Source: Arenicellales bacterium (GTDB taxonomy: Bacteria > Pseudomonadota > Gammaproteobacteria > Arenicellales > Poriferihabitantaceae). From it: DNA of 64,000 nt. The stretch spans positions 1,108,977 to 1,172,976 of the forward strand of contig OY734803.1 of NCBI GenBank assembly GCA_963457535.1, written 5' to 3'. Positions 57,529 through 64,000 of the stretch are shown here, one piece after another. Every line of letters starts with the position of its first letter. Within the stretch, counting starts at the first letter, position 1. The notes under the pieces are model-generated. The model saw only the letters and a list, made by a program, of their open reading frames with translations, did not search any database and was not told where the DNA came from. The position numbers and the translations under genes were made by a program.

Positions 57529-58340
57529 ACGCGCGCCTCGCTACCGGCGCGGCGCTGGCCGCGGCCTTTGCCGCGGCGATTTGGTGGGCGCCGCTTTGGT
57601 TGTTCGCGGTGATCGCGCTGGTGTTGCTGCTGGGCGCGCTCGGCGAGTGGAATCGGCTGCTGCCCTGTCATCCGGCGACGGCATGCGCGATTGGCGCCGC
57701 GTTCGCCGCGTTTTGCGTCGCGATATTTTTTGCGCCGCAAAAGTGGTTGTGGATGTCCGCGCTGTGCCTCGCCGGCGCGCTGTTCTGGGTGTGGCGCGCC
57801 GCGCAATTGTTTTTTGCGTCGCGCCCCGATGACAAAAACAAATCGGCGGTTGCCAATTTATTGCAGGGCGTTTTCGTGCTGTTGTGCGCGTGGTGCGCGC
57901 TGGTGTGGATGCGCGCCGGTCACGGCGGCGGCGCGGTCATCGCCATGCTGCTGGCGATTTGCGCCGCCGACACTTTCGCCTACTTCGTCGGCCGGCGTTT
58001 CGGCCGGCGAAAACTCGCGCCGCAAATCAGCCCCGGAAAAACCGTGGAAGGACTTATCGGCGGACTTTTCGGCGCGGCCGCGGCCGGGCTGTGCATGGCA
58101 TTTGCATTTTCGCTCGGCGTTTTTGAGGCCGCGCTGTGGACGCTCGCGTCTTTTTCCGCGGCGCTTTTTGGCGCGGCCGGCGATTTGCACGAGAGCGTTT
58201 TGAAACGCCGCGCCGGCGTAAAAGACAGCGGAAATTTGCTGCCGGGGCACGGCGGCATTCTGGACCGCCTGGACGGCATTCTCGCGGGCGCGCCGGCTTT
58301 CGCCGTGATTTGGAACGCGCGCGCCGGCCTGCCGCTGTGA
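57525..58340 (+). CDS. cdsA: phosphatidate cytidylyltransferase
   Basis: ATGA overlap with uppS, multi-TM, SPGKTVEG and DLHESVLKRRAGVKDSGNLLPGHGGILDRLD signature. Confidence 0.9.
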   Translation: MNARLATGAALAAAFAAAIWWAPLWLFAVIALVLLLGALGEWNRLLPCHPATACAIGAAFAAFCVAIFFAPQKWLWMSALCLAGALFWVWRAAQLFFASRPDDKNKSAVANLLQGVFVLLCAWCALVWMRAGHGGGAVIAMLLAICAADTFAYFVGRRFGRRKLAPQISPGKTVEGLIGGLFGAAAAGLCMAFAFSLGVFEAALWTLASFSAALFGAAGDLHESVLKRRAGVKDSGNLLPGHGGILDRLDGILAGAPAFAVIWNARAGLPL

Positions 58341-59512
58341 GCGCCTCGGTCGCGGTGCTCGGCGCGACCGGCTCGGTCGGCACCAGCGCGCTGGATGTCA
58401 TCGGGCGGCACCCGGACAAATTTCGCGTAACCGCGCTGACCGCCAACGCCAACTTTGAGGCGATGCGCGCGCAATGCGCGGCCTTCTCGCCCGACTGCGC
58501 GGTCATGGCCGAGCCGGCCGCGGCGAAACAACTGGAAAGCGATTTGGCGGCGGGCGGCACGCAAGTGCGCGGCGGCGCCGAGGCGCTGTGCGAGGCGGCC
58601 GCGGCCGCCGACATCGTGGTCTGCGGAATCGTCGGCGCGGCCGGGTTGCGCCCGACGCTGGCCGCGGTGCGCGCCGGCAAAAAAGTGCTGATCGCAAACA
58701 AAGAGCCGCTGGTCATGCTCGGCGCGCACATCATGCGCGAGGCGCGCGCGCACGGCGCAAGCGTCATTCCGCTGGACAGCGAGCACAACGCAATTTTCCA
58801 ATGCCTGCCGGACGGCGGCGCGAAGATTAACGGCGGCGGCGCGCGCCAGGCCGGCGTCGCCAAAATCTGGCTGACCGGCTCGGGCGGGCCGTTTCGCAAA
58901 TTGCCGCCGGACGAATTCGCCAAGGTAACCCCGGCGCAGGCGCGCGCGCATCCGACCTGGGAGATGGGTCCGAAAATCTCGGTGGATTCCGCGACCATGA
59001 TGAACAAGGGTCTTGAGTTGATAGAAGCCTGCGCGCTGTTTTCGCTGGACGCCGACGATGTGGAAATCGTGGTGCATCCGCAAAGCGTGATTCACTCCAT
59101 GGTGGAATATGTGGACGGTTCCATTCTTGCGCAACTCGGCAGCCCCGACATGCGCGTGCCGATTGCAGGCGCGCTCGGCTGGCCGAGCCGCATTGACTCG
59201 GGGGCGCGCCGCCTCAACCTGCTGGAATGCGCGCGTTTTGATTTTGAAGCGCCCGACCTGGCGCGCTTTCCATGCATCGGCCTGGCGCGCGCCGCGGCGC
59301 GCGACGGCGGCGTGATGCCGGCCGCGATGAACGCGGCAAACGAAATCGCGGTCGCGGAATTTCTCAAAGGCGCGCTGACTTTTGATAAAATCCCGTGCGT
59401 GGTCGAGGGCGTGATGGAGCGCACGGAGGCCGGGCGCGGCTGTGATTTGGAAAGCGCGCTGGCCGCGGACGCGCGCGCGCGGAAACTCGGCGCCGAATTG
59501 GCGGCCGCCTGA
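58337..59512 (+). CDS. dxr: 1-deoxy-D-xylulose 5-phosphate reductoisomerase
   Basis: VAVLGATGSVGTSALDV NADPH motif, LANKE, DSEHNAIFQCL. GTG start overlapping the cdsA stop. Confidence 0.92.
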   Translation: MSASVAVLGATGSVGTSALDVIGRHPDKFRVTALTANANFEAMRAQCAAFSPDCAVMAEPAAAKQLESDLAAGGTQVRGGAEALCEAAAAADIVVCGIVGAAGLRPTLAAVRAGKKVLIANKEPLVMLGAHIMREARAHGASVIPLDSEHNAIFQCLPDGGAKINGGGARQAGVAKIWLTGSGGPFRKLPPDEFAKVTPAQARAHPTWEMGPKISVDSATMMNKGLELIEACALFSLDADDVEIVVHPQSVIHSMVEYVDGSILAQLGSPDMRVPIAGALGWPSRIDSGARRLNLLECARFDFEAPDLARFPCIGLARAAARDGGVMPAAMNAANEIAVAEFLKGALTFDKIPCVVEGVMERTEAGRGCDLESALAADARARKLGAELAAA

Positions 59513-59585
59513 ACGCGCCGCCGCAATTTCATGAATTTTCATTTCAAAACATGCCCTTCCCCTTTAATCTCCCGGTGATTTTTTG

Positions 59586-60905
59586 ATGACCTCTTTCGCA
59601 TACGGTTTGTTCGGTTTTCTCGCCGCCATCGCGGTGCTGGTGGCGGTGCACGAATACGGCCACTTCTGGGTGGCGCGGCGGCTCGGCGTCGGCGTGCTGC
59701 GCTTTTCCATCGGCTTCGGCAAGCCGCTGCTGCGCTGGCGGCGGCGCGGCGACCCGACCGAATATGTGATCGGCATGATTCCGCTCGGCGGCTATGTGAA
59801 GATGCTGGACGAGCGCGAGGGGGAAGTTCCGGAGGAATTGCGCGAAAGCGCGTTCAACCGCCAATCGCTGGCCGCGCGCAGCGCGATTGTCGCCGCCGGC
59901 CCCGCGTTTAATTTCCTGTTCGCGCTGTTCGCGATCTGGCTGGTGCTGGTCGCCGGCAGCGGCGACATTGAGCCGGTGGTCGGCGGAGTGGAGGAGGATT
60001 CGCCGGCGATGCGCGCCGGGTTTCGCGAGGGCGACCGCCTGCTGCGCATAGACGGGCGCGAAGTGCGCGGCTTCGGGCAGCACCAACTCTACTTGCTGCA
60101 CCGCGCGATGAAAGGCGGCGCGGTGGATTTTGAAGTCGCGCGCGACGGCGGCCTGCGCGATTTGCGCGTGGATTTTGCGGGCGGCATGCCGCCGGCCGGC
60201 GCGGGTCTGGGCCTGCGTCCGCCGCCGCCGCCGGCCGAGGTGTTTCGCGTGGTCGCCGGCTCGCCGGCCGAGGCCGCCGGGCTGCAGCGCGGCGATTTGG
60301 TCACCGAAGTGGACGGCGTCGCGGTCGCCGATTGGAACGACTTGGCGGCGCGCATCGCCGAGCGCCCCGGCGAGCAAATGATTTTGTCGCTGCGCCGCGA
60401 CGGGCGCGCATTGACCGCCGCGGTCACCCCCGAGCGCGCGCTGGTGGACGGCGCCGCGCGCGGGCGGCTCGGCATTTACCGCCCGCCGCCGCGCGGCATT
60501 CGCGTCCGCTACGGGCCGCTGGAAGCGGTTGCGGCCTCGGCCGATTACAACTGGCGCATGACCGCGGTCACCATGCGCTCGCTCGCCGGCATGCTGACCG
60601 CGAGCGTGCCGGCCGACAACCTCGCCGGGCCGATCACCATCGCGCGCGTCGCCGGGCACACCGCGCAATCCGGCTTTGACGACTTCATGCGTTTTCTCGC
60701 GATCATCAGCATCAGTCTGGGGCTGATCAACCTGCTGCCGATTCCGCTGCTGGACGGCGGGCATTTGCTGTTTTTCGCGTTTGAGGCGGTCAGCGGGCGC
60801 GCGCCGTCGCAGCGCGCGATGATGCGCGGGCAAATGATCGGCGCGATGCTGCTGGTCATGCTGATGAGCCTCGCGTTTTACAACGACATTATGCGCCTGT
60901 TCTGA
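59586..60905 (+). CDS. rseP: RIP site-2 zinc metalloprotease with PDZ domains
   Basis: VHEYGHFWVAR (HExxH), LNLLPIPLLDGGH. ATG at 59586 preferred over the adjacent TTG. Confidence 0.92.
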   Translation: MTSFAYGLFGFLAAIAVLVAVHEYGHFWVARRLGVGVLRFSIGFGKPLLRWRRRGDPTEYVIGMIPLGGYVKMLDEREGEVPEELRESAFNRQSLAARSAIVAAGPAFNFLFALFAIWLVLVAGSGDIEPVVGGVEEDSPAMRAGFREGDRLLRIDGREVRGFGQHQLYLLHRAMKGGAVDFEVARDGGLRDLRVDFAGGMPPAGAGLGLRPPPPPAEVFRVVAGSPAEAAGLQRGDLVTEVDGVAVADWNDLAARIAERPGEQMILSLRRDGRALTAAVTPERALVDGAARGRLGIYRPPPRGIRVRYGPLEAVAASADYNWRMTAVTMRSLAGMLTASVPADNLAGPITIARVAGHTAQSGFDDFMRFLAIISISLGLINLLPIPLLDGGHLLFFAFEAVSGRAPSQRAMMRGQMIGAMLLVMLMSLAFYNDIMRLF

Positions 60906-60955
60906 CGCCGCCCCCGCGGCGCGCCGCTCCCCCCGCCGACCTGCCCGCACACAAA

Positions 60956-63412
60956 ATGAAAAGGCTCGCCCCGCTGCTGCTGTGGCTGCATATTTGTGCG
61001 GCGCTGGCCGCCGCGCCGTTCATCATCACCGACATTCGCGTGGAGGGACTGGAGCGCCTGGAGGCCGGCACGGTGTTCAACTATCTTCCGCTGAAAGTCG
61101 GCGACGAACTCAACGACGAGGAAGCGCGCCTCAGCATCAAGGAACTTTACGCCACCGGTTTTTTCAAGGATGTCGTGCTGGAGCGCGACGGCACCGCGCT
61201 GGTGGTCAAGGTGGTGGAGCGCCCGTCCATCGCCACGCTGACCATCACCGGCAACAAAGTCATAGACACCGAGACCCTGCAGCGCGGCCTCGGGCAGGCC
61301 GGGCTGGTGGAGGGGCGCATTCTCAACAGCGCGAGTTTGGACCGCGTGGAGCAGGAAATTCAAAGCACCTATCTGTCGCTCGGGCGTTACTCCACCAAAG
61401 TGGAGTCGGAAGTGGAGGAACTGGAGCGCAACCGCGTCGCGGTGACCATCAAGATCAGCGAGGGGCGCGTCGCCACCATTAAAAAGATCAACATCATCGG
61501 CGCCAAGCAGGTGCCGGTGGACGCGCTCGTGGAGGAAATGTCGCTGCGCGACCGCCGCGGTTTCGGCCTGTTCAGTTCGCGCAACCAGTATTCCAAGCAG
61601 AAACTGGAGGCCGACCTGGAAAAGATCCGCAGTTATTACCTGGACCGCGGCTTCCACGAATTTGAAATCGTCTCCAGCAATGTGGACATCAGCGCGAACA
61701 AGCAGAACATCTTTATCAGCATCATTTTGAATGAGGGCGAAAGGTATGTTTTTGAAGAAAGCGTGTTTGAGGCGACCGGCAGCGCCGACACTTCGGGCCT
61801 CCCCGACTTGGTAAGCATTCGCGCCGGCGAGCCGTTTTCGCGCAAGACGGTCAACGCCAGCCGCGCCGCCATCAGCCGAAAGTTCGCCGACGACGGCTAC
61901 GCTTTCGTGGAAGTCCGCCCGATTTACGAGACCGACCGCGAGGCGAAGACGGTGAAAACCGTGTTCACCATTGAAACCAAGCAGCGCGTCTATGTGCGAA
62001 AAGTAATCATCAGCGGAAATTTGCACACCCGCGACCAGGTGATTCGGCGCGAGTTGCGGCAGTTTGAAGGCGCGTGGTATTCGGCGCGCGCGGTCAAGTT
62101 GTCGGAAGACCGGCTGAAACGCGCCGGGTATTTCACCGGCGTATCCATTGAAACGCAGGAAGTGTCCGGCGCGACCGACCAGGTGGACCTGAGAGTCGCG
62201 GTGCAGGAGCGCGACACCGGCTCCATTTCCTTTTCGCTCGGGTATTCCGACGCCGACGGCGCGATTCTCGGCGCGAATTACGCGCAGCGCAATTTGCTCG
62301 GCACCGGGCGCGAACTCAATGTCAATGTGGATTCCACCGCCACCACCAACAGCGCCTCCATTCGATATGTCAACCCCTACCACACCCCCGACGGCGTCAG
62401 CCGCGAAATCAGCATCAGCAGCATTGATGTGGACACCACCGCCGCCGACACCGCGATTTACCGCGTCAACACCACCGCCTCGGGCGTCAATTACAAAATC
62501 CCGATAGCCGAGACCAACTCGCTCAACCTCGGCTTTTCGCTGGAGGACATTCGGCTGAGTTCCACCGGCAGCACGCCCACCGAAATCCGCAAGGAATTTG
62601 ACGACCAAAAAGAAAACAACCCGGGCAGCAATTTCAACCTGATTTCGCGCCTCGGCGTTTCCAAGGACACGCGCAACGATTTTTTCTTCCCGACCGGCGG
62701 CGCAACCTCGTCGGTTTCAGTGGAGGCGACCGTGCCGGGCAGCGCGTTTGAATATTACAAATTCAATTTGCGCGGCACCGCCTACCGCGGGCTGTTCACA
62801 AATCTCGCGATGCGCGCCGGCTTCACGCTCAGCCACGGCGGCGGCTACGGCGACACCGAAGAGTTGCCGGCGTTTCGCCGCTACTACGCCGGCGGCTCGC
62901 ATTCGGTGCGCGGATTTCGCGCGCGCAATTTGGGCCCGTATAGTTCGCAGTACCGTGGCGCGCCCACGAAAGTCGACGAGGCAAATCCGCCTTGCGGCGA
63001 CGACGACATGATGGGCTACATAGAATTCAAAGACGGGTGCTACCGGGGCGCCACCATGGGCGCCGCGCAAACCCCCATCGGCGGCGACACGCGCGTGCTG
63101 GTCAACACCGAGTTGCTGTTCCCCGCATTCGGCGCCGGCGACAAGCGCGACAAACGCATCGGCATTTTTCTGGACGGCGGCATGGCCTTCGGCAAGGGGT
63201 TTGAGCACATTGAAGCGAGCGAGGACCACGACACTTACAAACGCCTGGACGGCGGCATTGACCTCGGCCGCATGCGCTACTCGGCCGGCGTCAGTTTCAA
63301 CTGGTTCTCGCCGATCGGGCCGTTTTCCATGAGTTATTCCGAGCCGCTGAACGAGCAGCCGGGCGACCGCGTGGAAAACTTCCAGATCAGCCTCGGCACG
63401 CTGTTCCGCTAA
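60956..63412 (+). CDS. bamA: outer membrane protein assembly factor BamA
   Basis: Signal peptide, five POTRA-like repeats (I.DIRVEGL...), C-terminal barrel ending ...FQISLGTLFR. Confidence 0.95.
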   Translation: MKRLAPLLLWLHICAALAAAPFIITDIRVEGLERLEAGTVFNYLPLKVGDELNDEEARLSIKELYATGFFKDVVLERDGTALVVKVVERPSIATLTITGNKVIDTETLQRGLGQAGLVEGRILNSASLDRVEQEIQSTYLSLGRYSTKVESEVEELERNRVAVTIKISEGRVATIKKINIIGAKQVPVDALVEEMSLRDRRGFGLFSSRNQYSKQKLEADLEKIRSYYLDRGFHEFEIVSSNVDISANKQNIFISIILNEGERYVFEESVFEATGSADTSGLPDLVSIRAGEPFSRKTVNASRAAISRKFADDGYAFVEVRPIYETDREAKTVKTVFTIETKQRVYVRKVIISGNLHTRDQVIRRELRQFEGAWYSARAVKLSEDRLKRAGYFTGVSIETQEVSGATDQVDLRVAVQERDTGSISFSLGYSDADGAILGANYAQRNLLGTGRELNVNVDSTATTNSASIRYVNPYHTPDGVSREISISSIDVDTTAADTAIYRVNTTASGVNYKIPIAETNSLNLGFSLEDIRLSSTGSTPTEIRKEFDDQKENNPGSNFNLISRLGVSKDTRNDFFFPTGGATSSVSVEATVPGSAFEYYKFNLRGTAYRGLFTNLAMRAGFTLSHGGGYGDTEELPAFRRYYAGGSHSVRGFRARNLGPYSSQYRGAPTKVDEANPPCGDDDMMGYIEFKDGCYRGATMGAAQTPIGGDTRVLVNTELLFPAFGAGDKRDKRIGIFLDGGMAFGKGFEHIEASEDHDTYKRLDGGIDLGRMRYSAGVSFNWFSPIGPFSMSYSEPLNEQPGDRVENFQISLGTLFR

Positions 63413-63457
63413 AATCCCGCGCCCCGCCGGGAAAAGAAACTGCTACCATTGCCCGTT

Positions 63458-63976
63458 ATGCGAATCCGCGCCCTCCTCTCCCGCGCCGCCCCGGCGGCAT
63501 GCGCGCTGGCGCTTTTGGCGTCCGCGCCCGCGCCGGCCGCGGAAATCGGCTATGTGGATGTGCAGCGCCTGCTCACCGAGGCGCCGCAGGGCAAGGAGAA
63601 AATGCAGACGCTGCGCGCCGAATTCGCCGAGCGCAACCGCAAACTGCAGGGCGAATTTGAACTGTTCAAATCGCGCGAGGCCGAACTGGAGAAAAAGAGC
63701 CTGAGCATGGAAGCCTCCGAATGGGACGAGCAGGCCGCCGACCTGCGCGCCACCGAGCGGCGGCTGCGGCGCGCGCAGCGCGAATACAACGAGGATTCGT
63801 CGCGGCGCCTCAATCAGGAACTCGGCAAACTGGAAAAAGTCATCTCGCGCGCCATCGTCGCCGTGGCCAAGCGCGAAAAACTGGACATCGTTTTTGAAAA
63901 AGCGGTGTATGCCAACCCCGACATCGACCTGACCGCCACGGTGCTCGCCGAATTAAAAAAGATGCACAAAGAATGA
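63458..63976 (+). CDS. skp: periplasmic chaperone Skp/OmpH
   Basis: Signal peptide then IGYVDVQRLL and a long coiled-coil. Position after bamA. ATG at 63458 preferred over the TTG at 63449. Confidence 0.88.
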   Translation: MRIRALLSRAAPAACALALLASAPAPAAEIGYVDVQRLLTEAPQGKEKMQTLRAEFAERNRKLQGEFELFKSREAELEKKSLSMEASEWDEQAADLRATERRLRRAQREYNEDSSRRLNQELGKLEKVISRAIVAVAKREKLDIVFEKAVYANPDIDLTATVLAELKKMHKE

Positions 63977-64000
63977 CGGCGCGCCCGCGCCGTCCGCGTC

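Overview
High-GC proteobacterial chromosome segment. The synteny pgsA-tRNA(Gly/Cys/Leu), msbA-lpxK-kdsB, rplM-rpsI and frr-uppS-cdsA-dxr-rseP-bamA-skp suggests a gammaproteobacterium-like organism. All calls were made by eye from the sequence and ORF track, with no database or tool searches, so family names rest on remembered motifs. Housekeeping blocks include ubiquinone biosynthesis (ubiE-ubiJ-ubiB), LPS and envelope genes, ribosomal proteins and 4 tRNAs. These blocks are interrupted by at least five visibly lower-GC islets with no integrase or transposase. (1) 1-1965: a beta-class DNA methyltransferase plus an HNH_2 endonuclease, where a decayed duplicate of the neighbouring promoter and gene start flanks the HNH gene. 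(2) 11374-18995: a four-gene, translationally coupled operon of Mod-like methyltransferase, AlbA_2/Schlafen-like protein, ParA-like ATPase and Type III Res-like helicase-nuclease, with a duplicated terminator scar at its borders. This is my best candidate for an undescribed or elaborated defence system. (3) 21054-23927: an FRG-TPR protein plus a methyltransferase-HNH fusion. (4) 30036-32113: an orphan protein with a DUF4145-like tail and an outer-membrane barrel gene preceded by a long structured leader with a terminator and an anti-SD hairpin, a riboswitch/attenuator candidate. (5) 42165-42707: a NYN-domain gene embedded in a complete corrinoid-dependent MttB-family methyl-transfer cluster. 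Other notable content is a full-length metazoan-type (EF-hand-like/glutaminase/ankyrin) glutaminase, a divergent pair of giant cadherin-like/FN3/dockerin secreted proteins, one of which carries a 12-nt homopolymer just after its start codon, and a recurring GCGGAAAATCGCC-like periodic word in several intergenic spacers. No CRISPR array was seen.
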